The position numbers were made by a program, and so were the translations under genes. Below the pieces are notes generated by a model. It was not told the DNA's origin. It did no database searches and saw only the letters and a list, made by a program, of their open reading frames with translations. A stretch of 64,000 nucleotides of DNA from Alphaproteobacteria bacterium MarineAlpha5_Bin7 (GTDB lineage Bacteria > Pseudomonadota > Alphaproteobacteria > HIMB59 > GCA-002718135): assembly GCA_002938195.1 (NCBI GenBank), contig PTKX01000003.1, positions 5,454-69,453 on the forward strand. Reading direction: 5' to 3'. Shown here in pieces: positions 31,256 through 41,945 of this stretch. Numbering within the stretch: the stretch's first letter is position 1; every line of letters starts with the position of its first letter.

Positions 31256-34200
31256 ATGAAAATTAATATTATTGATTACGCTATAAATCACTCAAGAGTA
31301 ATTATGGGTATTCTTTTCTTTATATTAGTAGCTGGAACAACCTCTTACATAAATATACCCAAGGAAGCTACGCCAGATGTTAATATACCATTCATTTATA
31401 TATCACTTTCTCAAAAAGGTATTTCGCCAGATGATTCTGAAAGACTTTTAATTAAACCCGTAGAAGATGAAGTTAAAACAGTAGAAGGTGTCAAAGAGGT
31501 AAGATCAACAGCTTACAACGGTGGTGGAAATGTATTGCTAGAGTTTAATCCAGGATTTGATGCTGATAAAGCAATGGATGACGTTAGAGAAAAAGTGGAT
31601 AAAGCCAAAGGAGATTTACCCTCAGATGCAGATGAACCTTCAGTTAATGAAGTTAATATTAGCGCTTTTCCAATTTTATTAATTTCACTTAGTGGCGATC
31701 TACCAGATAGATCATTACAAGAATTAGCAGAATATTTAAAAGAAGAAATTGAAACAATACCTAGTGTATTAGAAGCAAAAATTGGTGGAAAAAGAAGTGA
31801 ACAAGTAGACATCATAATAGATGTTTCAGCTATAGAAGGATACGGAATTAATTTAAATACATTAATAAATATTGTTAATCAAAATAATATGATGGTCTCT
31901 GCAGGAGAACAGGATACTGGCGATGGGAGTTTTAATATTAAAGTTCCTGGTTTATTTGAAAATTTAGAAGATGTACTTGATACTCCAATAAAAACTTTTG
32001 GAGATTCTGTTATTACTTTTAGAGATATAGCTAAAGTAAAAAGAACTTTTGAAGATAGAAAAACATATGCACGTGTTAATGGAAAAAATTCCGTAACAAT
32101 TGAAGTATCTAAAAGAATTGGAGAAAATATTATTAAAACTACTGATACAGTAAAAAATAAAGTTAATAAAGCAAAAGAGAATTTTCCAAACAATCTAAAT
32201 ATTTCATTTAGTCAAGATAATTCAAAATATATAAAAAATATGCTCAATAGCTTACAAAATAATGTAATTGCTGCAATAATATTAGTGTTAATAATAATAT
32301 TAGGTGCTTTAGGAATAAGGTCAGGGTTCTTAGTAGGTGTTTCCATTCCAGGCTCTTTTTTATCTGGAGTCTTAGCTCTTTCATTAATGGGTTTTACAGT
32401 AAATATTGTAGTATTATTCGCCCTTATATTATCAGTTGGTCTTTTAGTAGATGGGGCAATAGTTGTTGTTGAATACGCGGATAGAAAAATCAATGAAGGA
32501 TACTCAATTATTGAATCTTACTCTGCAGCATCTAAAAAAATGGCTTTACCAATTATTGCTTCAACTGCAACGACTTTAGCTGCTTTTTTACCACTTATTT
32601 TTTGGCCAGGATTAGCAGGGGAATTTATGAAATATTTGCCAATAACTCTAATATGCGTGCTGACTTCTTCACTTTTTATGGCATTATTATTTGTGCCTGT
32701 TGTTGGAGTAACAATAGGTAGTATTTTCAAAATTTTATGGCAATTAATTTTTCCTCTAATTTTTGCTATTATTTTCTTTAATCTCATAAATATAGGCATT
32801 AATTATTTAGGTTTTAATAGTATTTTACTAACAATAATTAAGTATTTAATCCCAATCATTATTTATATTTATATATCAATTAAAATTATTCCATATTCTG
32901 AAAAAATTAAGCAATCACTTAATTCTCCAATTAAGAAAATTTCAGAAACAGCTGTTGCATTATCTTCAGAAAGTAAAACATCTCCATTGTCACTTAAAGG
33001 TTTTACAGGTTTTTATGCTAAATCCATAAATAAACTTTTAGATCATCCAGCTAAAGTTTTAATTAGCTCAATTGTAATTCTTATTTCTATTCAAGTTTTA
33101 TATTCTAGAATTGGTAAGGGTGTTGAATTTTTTCCAGAAGTAGAACCTGATTTATCTAAAATAGTTATTTATGCTCGAGGAAATTTATCTGTTGAAGAAA
33201 AGAATTATTATGTTTCAAGAGTTGAAAATTTAATTTTAGATATCCAAAAAGAAAAATTTGAATTTAAAAATATATACTCAACAAGTGGAAATGTATCAGA
33301 TCAATCAGAAAGTTCTGAAGATTTTATAGGATCAGTATCTTTAGAATATGTTGATCTTGAATATAGAAGGCCTTCTAAGATTATTTTAAAGGAGATATTG
33401 ACTAAAACAAAATCAATAAATGGAATCAAAGTTGAAACTCGTGAACAAGAATCTGGTCCACCAAGAGGAAAACCAATAAATATAAAACTTACTTCAAAAA
33501 ATAAAGAATTATTATTTATGGAAGCTTCAAGGTTAAAAAAGTTTATGGATGAATTTCCAGGACTTGTTAATGTAGAAGATAATTTGCCTGCACCAGGTAT
33601 TGAATGGGAGATTAAAGTAAATAGAAAACAAGCCTCTAAATTTAATGCAAATATTTCAAGTATAGGTAATGTAATTAAATTATCAACTAATGGTATTAAA
33701 CTAGGAGAATATAGACCAGATGATACTACTGAAAGTATACCTATTTATTTAAGATATCCTCAAGAAGGAAGAACTCTCGATATGCTGCAAAATCTTCGAG
33801 TAAGAACTGAAAATGGATTAGTGCCAATTTCAAATTTTGTTGAAATTGTACCAAAAAATAGAACTGGAAATATAGTTCGTATAGACTCAAAAAATGCAAT
33901 TAACATTCAGACGGATGTAGATATTGGGATTTTTGCTGATAGTAAAATGAAAGAACTTGAATATTCTTTAGGTTTAACAAAAACAAAACCAACTTTTAGA
34001 GGTAGATCAATTGATAATATAAAAACTTTTGATTTAAATAATGAAGTAAGCGCTAAACTAACTGGGGAAAGTGAAGATCAAAAGGAGGCCCAAGAATTTT
34101 TATCTAAAGCTTTTATGGTTGCTTTATTTTTAATGTTGATGATATTATTGCTACAATTTAATAGTTTTTATAGTAGCTTTTTAATTCTTTTTGCGGTTCT

Positions 34201-34651
34201 TATGTCAACAGCTGGAGTATTAATTGGATTAATGGTTACTGGGCAAGCTTTTGGTATTGTCATGACAGGGGTAGGAGTAATTGCCTTAGCTGGAATAGTT
34301 GTAAATAATAATATAATTTTGATAGACACATTCGATTATTTAAAAAAGGATATGCCTACAATAAAAGAAGCTATAATAAAAACAGGTGCACAAAGATTAA
34401 GACCAGTTTTATTAACAACATTTACTACAGTATTGGGTCTTCTACCTATGGTAACAATGACTAATGTAGATTTTTTTACTAGACAAATTAAAGTAGGAAC
34501 ACAAGATACACAATGGTGGGTTCAATTATCAACTGCTATTGTTTTTGGATTAATTTTTGCAACACTTTTAACTTTAATAGTAACACCATCTCTTTTGATG
34601 CTTAGAGAAAATTTACGTATTTGGTATTCAAAAAAAATAAATAATATTTAA
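31256..34651 (+). CDS. RND efflux permease (AcrB/HAE1-like), unusually long at 1131 aa
   Basis: AcrB-like layout: TM1, a large periplasmic loop, TM2-6 (ALILSVGLLVDGAIVVVE), a second large loop, and TM8-12 (LAGIVVNNNIILID). An extra hydrophobic hairpin lies between TM6 and TM7. Confidence 0.93.
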   Translation: MKINIIDYAINHSRVIMGILFFILVAGTTSYINIPKEATPDVNIPFIYISLSQKGISPDDSERLLIKPVEDEVKTVEGVKEVRSTAYNGGGNVLLEFNPGFDADKAMDDVREKVDKAKGDLPSDADEPSVNEVNISAFPILLISLSGDLPDRSLQELAEYLKEEIETIPSVLEAKIGGKRSEQVDIIIDVSAIEGYGINLNTLINIVNQNNMMVSAGEQDTGDGSFNIKVPGLFENLEDVLDTPIKTFGDSVITFRDIAKVKRTFEDRKTYARVNGKNSVTIEVSKRIGENIIKTTDTVKNKVNKAKENFPNNLNISFSQDNSKYIKNMLNSLQNNVIAAIILVLIIILGALGIRSGFLVGVSIPGSFLSGVLALSLMGFTVNIVVLFALILSVGLLVDGAIVVVEYADRKINEGYSIIESYSAASKKMALPIIASTATTLAAFLPLIFWPGLAGEFMKYLPITLICVLTSSLFMALLFVPVVGVTIGSIFKILWQLIFPLIFAIIFFNLINIGINYLGFNSILLTIIKYLIPIIIYIYISIKIIPYSEKIKQSLNSPIKKISETAVALSSESKTSPLSLKGFTGFYAKSINKLLDHPAKVLISSIVILISIQVLYSRIGKGVEFFPEVEPDLSKIVIYARGNLSVEEKNYYVSRVENLILDIQKEKFEFKNIYSTSGNVSDQSESSEDFIGSVSLEYVDLEYRRPSKIILKEILTKTKSINGIKVETREQESGPPRGKPINIKLTSKNKELLFMEASRLKKFMDEFPGLVNVEDNLPAPGIEWEIKVNRKQASKFNANISSIGNVIKLSTNGIKLGEYRPDDTTESIPIYLRYPQEGRTLDMLQNLRVRTENGLVPISNFVEIVPKNRTGNIVRIDSKNAINIQTDVDIGIFADSKMKELEYSLGLTKTKPTFRGRSIDNIKTFDLNNEVSAKLTGESEDQKEAQEFLSKAFMVALFLMLMILLLQFNSFYSSFLILFAVLMSTAGVLIGLMVTGQAFGIVMTGVGVIALAGIVVNNNIILIDTFDYLKKDMPTIKEAIIKTGAQRLRPVLLTTFTTVLGLLPMVTMTNVDFFTRQIKVGTQDTQWWVQLSTAIVFGLIFATLLTLIVTPSLLMLRENLRIWYSKKINNI

Positions 34652-34655
34652 TAAA

Positions 34656-35381
34656 TTAACTATTTTTATAATTATCAAAAATTGTATAAATAATAGATAT
34701 TAAGTAAAAAATAGCTATTATAATTAAAGTAATCCATATATTTGAGATAATTGATATACTTATAATTGCGCTTAATAAAATAATCCAAGGTGCATATTTT
34801 TTTGAAAAATTTATTTTTTTAAATGAAATTGTAGGAACTTTACTAATCATTAAGAAGCCAATTAAAGATAAATTCAATAAATTTAAGTAAGGATTCCTGA
34901 AGAATGAAAAATCAAATTCTATAAAAACAAATATAGGTAATAAGGCTAAACCTGCTGCAGCAGGAGATGGTATTCCAACAAAATAAGTATTTGAATCAAT
35001 TGGTTTTGGAGATAAATAGATATCTGCTGTGAAGCGTGCTAATCGTAGTGCAGAGCAAACAGCAAAAAATAAGCCTATACTCCAACCAAGTGAATTTAAA
35101 TCTGATAAAGACCAATAAAATATTAATAAACTTGGTGCTACACCAAAAGAAATAAAATCACTTAATGAATCTAACTCGGCACCAAAGTTACTTCCCCCTT
35201 TTAATTTTCTAGCAAACCAGCCATCAAAGAAATCAAAAATAGCAGCAAAAATTATCAAAAAAATAGCAATTTTCCATTCTTCTGATATTGAAAATCTTAT
35301 TGAAGATAATCCACAACAGAGTGATAATATTGTTATTGTATTTGGTAAATATTTTCTTAGGAAGTTGGAATTATTCTCCAT
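34656..35381 (-). CDS. pssA: CDP-diacylglycerol--serine O-phosphatidyltransferase
   Basis: 241 aa with the CDP-alcohol phosphatidyltransferase motif DFFDGWFARKLKGGSNFGAELDSLSD. It lies adjacent to psd. Confidence 0.88.
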   Translation of the reverse strand: MENNSNFLRKYLPNTITILSLCCGLSSIRFSISEEWKIAIFLIIFAAIFDFFDGWFARKLKGGSNFGAELDSLSDFISFGVAPSLLIFYWSLSDLNSLGWSIGLFFAVCSALRLARFTADIYLSPKPIDSNTYFVGIPSPAAAGLALLPIFVFIEFDFSFFRNPYLNLLNLSLIGFLMISKVPTISFKKINFSKKYAPWIILLSAIISISIISNIWITLIIIAIFYLISIIYTIFDNYKNS

Positions 35382-35383
35382 AA

Positions 35384-36052
35384 TTAGATTTTTTTAGTTT
35401 TATTAATATTAATTACATTATTAGGATTTGAAATAATTGTTTCTCCTCCAATTAAAGTTTGGCCGACAGAAATCAATAAATTATATTTTTTTGGGAGATA
35501 TAGATCTACTCTGCTTCCAAATTTTATTATACCAAATCGGGTACCTTTAATAACTTCTTGATTATTTTTCAAATCACATACTATTCTTCTAGCTATTAAA
35601 CCTGCTATTTGAGAAAATATAATTTTATCTTTATTAGAAGCTTCTACTACAATTATATTTCTTTCGTTATCATTGCTTGCTTTGTCTAAACTTGCATTAA
35701 AAAATTTTCCAGGAATATAGTTTATGCTTTTAACATATCCTGAAATTGGTATTCTATTGACGTGCACATTAAAAATATTAAGAAAAATACTAATCTTGTT
35801 AAATTGTTCTTTTAATTTACACTCATTTGGAGCAAATGATTCATTTATAGAGACTACTTGACCGTCAGCTGGAGATACAACTACATCATCCATTGGCACA
35901 GATCTAATAGGATCTCTAAAAAAATAATAAAAACTAAAAGATAAAATAAGCAAGAAAATTCCTATAATTGGAAAAAAAGGAAGGGTAATAATTGAAAGAA
36001 TTATACTTGATATTAAGTAAACCCAACCTTCGTTATGTATTCTTAGATGCAT
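35384..36052 (-). CDS. psd: phosphatidylserine decarboxylase proenzyme (short form)
   Basis: 222 aa with N-terminal TM helices and the self-cleavage region IIKFGSRVDL (GS site). Confidence 0.9.
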   Translation of the reverse strand: MHLRIHNEGWVYLISSIILSIITLPFFPIIGIFLLILSFSFYYFFRDPIRSVPMDDVVVSPADGQVVSINESFAPNECKLKEQFNKISIFLNIFNVHVNRIPISGYVKSINYIPGKFFNASLDKASNDNERNIIVVEASNKDKIIFSQIAGLIARRIVCDLKNNQEVIKGTRFGIIKFGSRVDLYLPKKYNLLISVGQTLIGGETIISNPNNVININKTKKI

Positions 36053-36096
36053 TTAAAAAACAATTGAATAAAATAGAAAAAAATACATATATAATT

Positions 36097-36648
36097 ATGG
36101 ATATAAAATCTCTAACTATTTACTGCTCATCATCAAATATATTAGACAAAAAATATTATAAATTAGCTAGAGAAATAGGTGTTTTTTTAAGTAATCAAAG
36201 AATAACCATTATTTACGGAGGGGGTAAAGTGGGATTGATGGGAGAAATCTCTAGATCTGCAATAGAAACAGGGGGTAAAGTTATTGGTGTAATTCCTGAA
36301 TTTTTGAATTCAAAAGAAATAATTAATTACGAAATATCTGAAACAATAATTGTAAAGGATATGAGTGAGAGAAAAAAGAAAATGTACCAGCTAGGAGATG
36401 CATTTTTAATATTACCAGGTGGTTCAGGAACTATTGAAGAAGCAACTGAAATTATTTCGTGGAAGTTATTAAATATACATAGAAAAAATATAATAATTTT
36501 TAATTATTGTAATTTTTGGGATTCTTTAATTAAAATGTATGATGAGGTTAAAGATGAGAATTTTGCAAATAAAAATTTGCAAAATATATGTATGAATGTA
36601 GAAACTTTAAAACAATTTAAAATACTTTTTCAAAATGAACAAAATTAA
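36097..36648 (+). CDS. LOG family (TIGR00730) cytokinin riboside 5'-monophosphate phosphoribohydrolase-like protein
   Basis: Has GGGKVGLMG and the PGGSGTIEE motif. I place the start at [13 protein letters not shown] (36097). The track start at 35992 would overlap the divergent psd gene by 61 nt. Confidence 0.85.
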   Translation: MDIKSLTIYCSSSNILDKKYYKLAREIGVFLSNQRITIIYGGGKVGLMGEISRSAIETGGKVIGVIPEFLNSKEIINYEISETIIVKDMSERKKKMYQLGDAFLILPGGSGTIEEATEIISWKLLNIHRKNIIIFNYCNFWDSLIKMYDEVKDENFANKNLQNICMNVETLKQFKILFQNEQN

Positions 36649-37861
36649 AGTAAAAAATCCAATTGTTGAAATGGATGGTGATGAAATGACCAGAATAATA
36701 TGGTCATTTATTAAAAAAAAATTGATTCTTCCTTATTTAGATATTGATATACTTTATTATGATTTAGGTATTTTAAGTAGAGATAAAACATCAGATCAAA
36801 TAACAATTGATGCAGCAGAAGCAGTAAAAAAATATGGAGTTGGTATTAAATGTGCAACTATTACGCCAGATGAAAATAGAGTTAATGAATTTAATCTTAA
36901 AAAAATGTGGAGGTCTCCAAATGGGACTATAAGGAATATTTTAGGAGGAACAATTTTTAGAGAACCAATTATTTGCAAAAATGTTCCAAGAATTGTTACT
37001 AACTGGAATAAACCAATTATAGTAGCAAGACATGCTTATGGAGATCAATATAGAGCTACAGATACATTAATTACAAAACCTGGGATACTAAAAATGAAAT
37101 TTGAGCCAAAAGATGGAACTGAAGGTTTTGAAAAAGAGGTTTTCACATTTGAAGAAGAAGGCATTGCATTATCTATGTATAATTTAGATCAATCTATTAT
37201 TGATTTTGCAAGATCATGTTTTAATTATGGATTAAATTTACAATGGCCAGTATATCTTTCAACTAAAAATACCATTCTTAAAGTTTATGATGGAAGATTC
37301 AAAGATTTATTTCAAAAAATATTTGATCAAGAATTTTCTGAAAAATTTAAAGAAAAAAATATAGTTTATGAGCACCGATTAATAGATGATATGGTTGCAA
37401 CATCATTGAAATGGGAAGGTAATTTTATTTGGGCTTGTAAAAATTATGATGGAGATGTTCAATCTGATTCTGTTGCACAAGGATTTGGATCTTTAGGATT
37501 AATGACTAGTGTATTAATGACACCTGACGGAAAAACTGTTGAAGCTGAAGCAGCTCATGGAACAGTAACAAGACATTATAGACAACATCAACAAAAAAAA
37601 AGGACTTCTACCAATCCAATTGCTTCTATTTTTGCTTGGACTAGAGGATTAAAATTTAGAGGTAAGTTTGATGAAAATTTTGAATTATCTAACTTTGCTA
37701 AACTTTTAGAAGAGACTTGTATTGAAACTGTAGAATCTGGAAAAATGACTAAAGATTTAGCAATTTTAATAAGCAATAATCAAAAATGGTTAAATACTGA
37801 AGAATTTCTTTCTGTTTTAAATGAAAATCTTAAAAAGAAATATCTATTGAGTAGCAATTAA
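36635..37861 (+). CDS. icd: NADP-dependent isocitrate dehydrogenase (eukaryote-like homodimeric type)
   Basis: 408 aa: [53 protein letters not shown]. Confidence 0.96.
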   Translation: MNKIKVKNPIVEMDGDEMTRIIWSFIKKKLILPYLDIDILYYDLGILSRDKTSDQITIDAAEAVKKYGVGIKCATITPDENRVNEFNLKKMWRSPNGTIRNILGGTIFREPIICKNVPRIVTNWNKPIIVARHAYGDQYRATDTLITKPGILKMKFEPKDGTEGFEKEVFTFEEEGIALSMYNLDQSIIDFARSCFNYGLNLQWPVYLSTKNTILKVYDGRFKDLFQKIFDQEFSEKFKEKNIVYEHRLIDDMVATSLKWEGNFIWACKNYDGDVQSDSVAQGFGSLGLMTSVLMTPDGKTVEAEAAHGTVTRHYRQHQQKKRTSTNPIASIFAWTRGLKFRGKFDENFELSNFAKLLEETCIETVESGKMTKDLAILISNNQKWLNTEEFLSVLNENLKKKYLLSSN

Positions 37862-40513
37862 ATCTTTTACAAAATTTATTGCTTCATTAATTTTTGAAAA
37901 ATCTTGCCCCCCAGCTTGGGCTAAATCCTTTCTACCTCCCCCACCTTTTCCACCTAATATTCCGGATATTTTTTTGATTATATCTGAGGCATCAAAAATA
38001 TTAGTTATATCATTAGTTACTCCAAGAACTATAGAAATTTTACTTTTATTATTTGAGATGATTAAAGCTATACAATTTGTAATATATTTCTTTTTTTGTT
38101 CATCTATAAAATTTTTTAATGAATGAATGGGGTAATCCTCAGCAATTAAATATATAAAATTTATATCATTAATTTTCTCAAAAATTAAATTTTGTGAATT
38201 ACTTTTTAATTTAAATATTTCTAATTTTTTTTCATAAGTTTTTTTAATTTCTTTTAGTTGAGTTAATGAATTTAAATTTGTATTTAATTTAAAAATATAT
38301 TTTGGATCCAATTCAATGATTTTATCAACAATTAATTTTATATTTTTTATATTATCATTTTCATTTTTTAGATTTATTTCCTGTTGATTTACTAAATAAG
38401 TATTTACAGTTAAATTAGTTATTGCTTCAATTCTACGAATACCTGATGCAACGCTAGACTGAGATATAATTTTAAAATCAATTATATCACTAGTATTATT
38501 TACATGCGTACCTCCACATAATTCAATAGAAAAATTTTTTTCATTTTCTCCAATTGTAACTACTCTAACTTCATCTCCATACTTTTCACCAAATAAAGCC
38601 ATAGCACCCTCTTCTATAGCTTTTTTTTGATTTGAAATTTTAACATTAATAGGTAATTTTTTTTCTATTTGAGATTTAACTAAATTTTCAATTTCAATTA
38701 AATTATTATTTTCTATTATTTGATTATGACTAAAATCAAATCTTAATTTTTCTTCATTTACTAATGATCCCTTTTGTGAAACATGTTTGCCTAGTATTTT
38801 TCTTAAAGATGCATGTAACAAATGTGTTGAAGAATGGTTTGATTTTATTAAATTCCTTTTTCTTAAATTTATAGATGCGATCACAGTATCGTTAATTGAA
38901 CACTTTCCATCTATAACCTTTCCCCAATGTAAATAATAATTTCCAAAAATTTTGGTAGTATTAGTAACTTGAAAAAATAAATTATCATTATTTATTTTTC
39001 CAGAATCACCTACTTGCCCTCCGCTTTCACCATAAAAAGGTGTTTGATTGAGAATTATTATTGCCTCTTGATCTTTAGTTAGTTTGTTAACTGATTTGTT
39101 ATTACAGACTAATGAAATTATAGAACATTCAGATTGTGTTTGTTCATAACCTAGAAATTCTGTAGGAGAAATATTTTCAGTTATATTATACCAAATTTTA
39201 TTATCCTCTATATCCCCAGTTCCTTTCCAATTTTGACGAGCTCTTTTCTTTTGTTCTTCCATTTTTATATTGAAAGAATTTAGATCAACTCCAATTTTTT
39301 TGCTTTTAAGATAATCTTGCGTTAAATCTATGGGAAAACCATAAGTATCATACAACTTAAAAGCGATTTCACCATCAAGTGTCTTTGGAGATTTCAAAAT
39401 TTCTTCGTCTAATATTTTGATTCCTTTTTCAACAGTCTCTTTAAATTTTGTTTCTTCAGTTATTAGGGTATTAATTATTAAATCACTTGCTCTCTCTAAT
39501 TCAGGATAAGATTGTTTTATTCCTTCTAAGAATGTGGGGAATATTTTATGAAATATTGGTTCTTTATTACCTAATGAATGAGCATGACGCATACCTCTTC
39601 TCATAATTCTTCTAAGAACATATCCTCTACCTTCATTTGATGGCATAACTCCGTCAGCTATTAAAAAAGCAGATGATCTTAAATGATCAGCTATTACTCT
39701 ATGGCTGGGACTTGAGTCGTAGGAGCCATTATTACAAAGTTCAATGGAACGGTTTATTAAAGGTAAAAATAAATCTGTTGAATAATTATCATTAGTGCCT
39801 TGAATTAAAGCCGTAATCCTCTCTAAACCCATGCCTGTATCAATTGAGGGCTTAGGTAAATTTATTCTTTCAGATAGATTAATTTGCTCAAATTGCATAA
39901 AAACTAAGTTCCAAATTTCAATAAATCTGTCACCATCTTCATCCGAAGAACCTGGTGGTCCACCATCATATTTGTCACCATGATCATAAAATATTTCTGA
40001 GCAGGGGCCGCATGGCCCGGTATCACCCATAGACCAAAAATTATCAGATGTATTAATTTTAATAATCTTATCTTCAGATAATCCGGCAATTGATTTCCAA
40101 TACTTATACGCTTCTTGATCCTCAGAAAATACAGTTACTAAAAGCCTATTTTTACTGATACCAAACTCTTTGGTAATTAAATTCCAAGCTAATTCAATTG
40201 CTTGATCTTTAAAATAATCTCCAAAGGAAAAATTACCTAACATTTCAAAAAATGTATGGTGTCTAGCAGTATATCCAACATTTTCTAAATCGTTATGTTT
40301 TCCACCAGCCCTTACGCATTTTTGTGCTGTAACAGCTCTTTTATAATTTCTTTGTTCTTTTCCAGTAAAAATATTTTTAAATTGGACCATGCCTGAATTA
40401 GCAAACATTAAGGTAGGATCATTTTCAGGAACTAAAGGACTAGAGTGAATAATTTTATGATTATGCTTTTTAAAAAAACTAAGAAAAGTATCCCTTATTT
40501 GTGAAGAATTCAT
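37844..40513 (-). CDS. alaS: alanine--tRNA ligase
   Basis: 889 aa: FTNAGM-like [20 protein letters not shown], the editing-domain HSSTHLLH and CGGTHV, and a C-terminal DHHA1 [13 protein letters not shown]. Confidence 0.97.
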   Translation of the reverse strand: MNSSQIRDTFLSFFKKHNHKIIHSSPLVPENDPTLMFANSGMVQFKNIFTGKEQRNYKRAVTAQKCVRAGGKHNDLENVGYTARHHTFFEMLGNFSFGDYFKDQAIELAWNLITKEFGISKNRLLVTVFSEDQEAYKYWKSIAGLSEDKIIKINTSDNFWSMGDTGPCGPCSEIFYDHGDKYDGGPPGSSDEDGDRFIEIWNLVFMQFEQINLSERINLPKPSIDTGMGLERITALIQGTNDNYSTDLFLPLINRSIELCNNGSYDSSPSHRVIADHLRSSAFLIADGVMPSNEGRGYVLRRIMRRGMRHAHSLGNKEPIFHKIFPTFLEGIKQSYPELERASDLIINTLITEETKFKETVEKGIKILDEEILKSPKTLDGEIAFKLYDTYGFPIDLTQDYLKSKKIGVDLNSFNIKMEEQKKRARQNWKGTGDIEDNKIWYNITENISPTEFLGYEQTQSECSIISLVCNNKSVNKLTKDQEAIIILNQTPFYGESGGQVGDSGKINNDNLFFQVTNTTKIFGNYYLHWGKVIDGKCSINDTVIASINLRKRNLIKSNHSSTHLLHASLRKILGKHVSQKGSLVNEEKLRFDFSHNQIIENNNLIEIENLVKSQIEKKLPINVKISNQKKAIEEGAMALFGEKYGDEVRVVTIGENEKNFSIELCGGTHVNNTSDIIDFKIISQSSVASGIRRIEAITNLTVNTYLVNQQEINLKNENDNIKNIKLIVDKIIELDPKYIFKLNTNLNSLTQLKEIKKTYEKKLEIFKLKSNSQNLIFEKINDINFIYLIAEDYPIHSLKNFIDEQKKKYITNCIALIISNNKSKISIVLGVTNDITNIFDASDIIKKISGILGGKGGGGRKDLAQAGGQDFSKINEAINFVKDLIATQ

Positions 40514-40557
40514 AAAAATTGCTAATATAATAGCATATTATAATAACTATTTTTATT

Positions 40558-40598
40558 AAAAAAAGGCACCAATATATTTTAAATAAAGGTGCCTTTTT
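40558..40598 (-). terminator. rho-independent terminator downstream of recA
   Basis: The minus-strand RNA reads AAAAAGGCACC-(17 nt AU loop)-GGUGCCUUUUUUU. A GC-containing 6-bp core stem is extended by A-U pairs and followed by a U7 run, starting 9 nt after the recA stop. Confidence 0.75.
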
Positions 40599-40606
40599 AT
40601 TAATGA

Positions 40607-41710
40607 CTATTGATCTTTAATTTTATTATTTTCTTCTTTTGTTGCTTTTTCTTTGGCATCTCCCTCCATCATTGCTTTTTCTACCATCCCTGCATTTTCT
40701 AATATCCTATTTTCAATTTCACTTGCTATTTTAGGATTTTCTCGAAGAAAAGACTTAACATTCTCTCTACCTTGACCAATTTTATTATCTTTATAAGCAA
40801 ACCAAGATCCTGATTTTTCAATAATTTCTGTTTTAACTCCTAAATCAACAAGCTCACCTAATTTTGATATTCCTTCACCGTACATAATATCAAACTCAAC
40901 TACTTTAAAGGGAGGTGCAACTTTGTTTTTAACTATTTTAACTCTAGTTTGATTACCAATAATTTCATCTTTATCCTTTATTGCTCCAATTCTTCTAATA
41001 TCTAACCTTACCGATGAATAAAATTTTAATGCATTACCTCCTGTTGTTGTCTCAGGACTTCCAAACATTACACCTATTTTCATTCTTAATTGATTTATAA
41101 ATACCACTAAAGTATTTGATTGTGATATTGAACTGGTAAGTTTTCTAAGAGCTTGACTCATTAATCTCGCTTGAAGCCCAGGAAGTGAATCTCCCATGTC
41201 TCCTTCTAATTCAGCTCTTGGAACCAACGCAGCTACAGAGTCAATGACTAATACATCTATGCCACCTGATTTAATTAATGAATCTGCAATTTCTAAACCT
41301 TGTTCACCTGTATCAGGTTGAGAAATAAGTAGTTCTTCAAGATTAACTCCCAATTTTTTTGCATAAGCAGGGTCTAATGCATGTTCTGCATCAATAAATG
41401 CACAATTACCTCCATTTTTTTGCGACTCTGCCACAATATGAGTAGCCAAAGTTGTTTTACCTGAGCTTTCAGGTCCATAGATCTCAACTATTCTTCCTTT
41501 AGGCACTCCCCCTATTCCAAGCGCAATATCAAGACCTAGAGAGCCTGTTGAAATAGAGTCAATATCTACATTTGTTTTTGACCCAAGTTTCATTATTGAG
41601 CCTTTTCCATAATTTTTTTCTATTAAGCCAACTGCAGCTTCTAATGATTTATTTCTACTTTCTTTATCCATATTGTTATTTTCAATTACTTTTAATTTAG
41701 TTTGAGACAT
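40607..41710 (-). CDS. recA: recombinase RecA
   Basis: 367 aa with Walker [10 protein letters not shown], plus the IDSVAAL and [28 protein letters not shown] loops. AAGGGAG lies upstream of the ATG. Confidence 0.98.
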   Translation of the reverse strand: MSQTKLKVIENNNMDKESRNKSLEAAVGLIEKNYGKGSIMKLGSKTNVDIDSISTGSLGLDIALGIGGVPKGRIVEIYGPESSGKTTLATHIVAESQKNGGNCAFIDAEHALDPAYAKKLGVNLEELLISQPDTGEQGLEIADSLIKSGGIDVLVIDSVAALVPRAELEGDMGDSLPGLQARLMSQALRKLTSSISQSNTLVVFINQLRMKIGVMFGSPETTTGGNALKFYSSVRLDIRRIGAIKDKDEIIGNQTRVKIVKNKVAPPFKVVEFDIMYGEGISKLGELVDLGVKTEIIEKSGSWFAYKDNKIGQGRENVKSFLRENPKIASEIENRILENAGMVEKAMMEGDAKEKATKEENNKIKDQ

Positions 41711-41766
41711 TAATTTACTCCCTTTTTCGTATTGATTTAATATGATTCTAGCAAATTATCTTGTTT

Positions 41767-41781
41767 GTACATGTTTTGTTC
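41767..41781 (-). promoter_or_regulatory. degenerate alphaproteobacterial SOS box (GAAC-N7-GTAC on the recA strand)
   Basis: The + strand reads GTACatgttttGTTC, 57-71 nt upstream of the recA ATG. One tetramer deviates by one base. Confidence 0.45.
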
Positions 41782-41792
41782 TCATTTTTAAA

Positions 41793-41807
41793 GTTCTATT
41801 TTTGTTC
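41793..41807 (-). promoter_or_regulatory. alphaproteobacterial LexA operator (SOS box), perfect GAAC-N7-GAAC on the recA strand
   Basis: The + strand reads GTTCtatttttGTTC, 83-97 nt upstream of the recA ATG. This matches the established direct-repeat consensus GTTC-N7-GTTC. Confidence 0.6.
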
Positions 41808-41945
41808 TTTTTAAGAATATTTATTAAATAATTGAATTATATGTATTTTTTTTATCAATAAAAAAATGAAAAAGTAAAAACATTATTATATGTTCTTGAA
41901 TTTATATATTCTTTTGATAAATCCTTCGCTCACCAATAATATATT

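Noticed and set aside
31513-32799. Four consecutive long antisense ORFs (100, 104, 93 and 93 aa), all in the same minus-strand frame, inside the 5' third of the RND permease gene. This looked like a possible overlapping antisense gene.
   Set aside because: In this relative frame, an antisense stop needs a sense Tyr, His or Gln codon (TAx or CAx) preceded by a T- or C-ending codon. Those residues are scarce in this stretch, so the frame stays open for compositional reasons. The translations are low-complexity (S/P/L/I-rich) with no recognisable domain, and they are interrupted by stops rather than forming one gene.
35992-36096. Upstream-extended starts suggested by the longest-ORF rule: LOG-family gene at 35992, ndk at 5200, map at 47010 and the yfgM-like gene at 28428.
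   Set aside because: The extensions add non-conserved residues before canonical family N-termini ([34 protein letters not shown]). For the LOG-family gene, the extension would also overlap the divergent psd gene by 61 nt. The internal Met starts give normal protein lengths and tidy junctions.
41914-41942. A near-consensus sigma70-like promoter, TTGATA-N17-TAATAT, just upstream of dksA.
   Set aside because: The -10 hexamer ends only 3 nt before the dksA ATG, so transcription would initiate at or inside the start codon. The N-terminus beginning at 41946 (YKPSSKEKFMN...) looks like the conserved DksA N-terminus. Hexamer matches of this kind are expected by chance in about 30% GC DNA.
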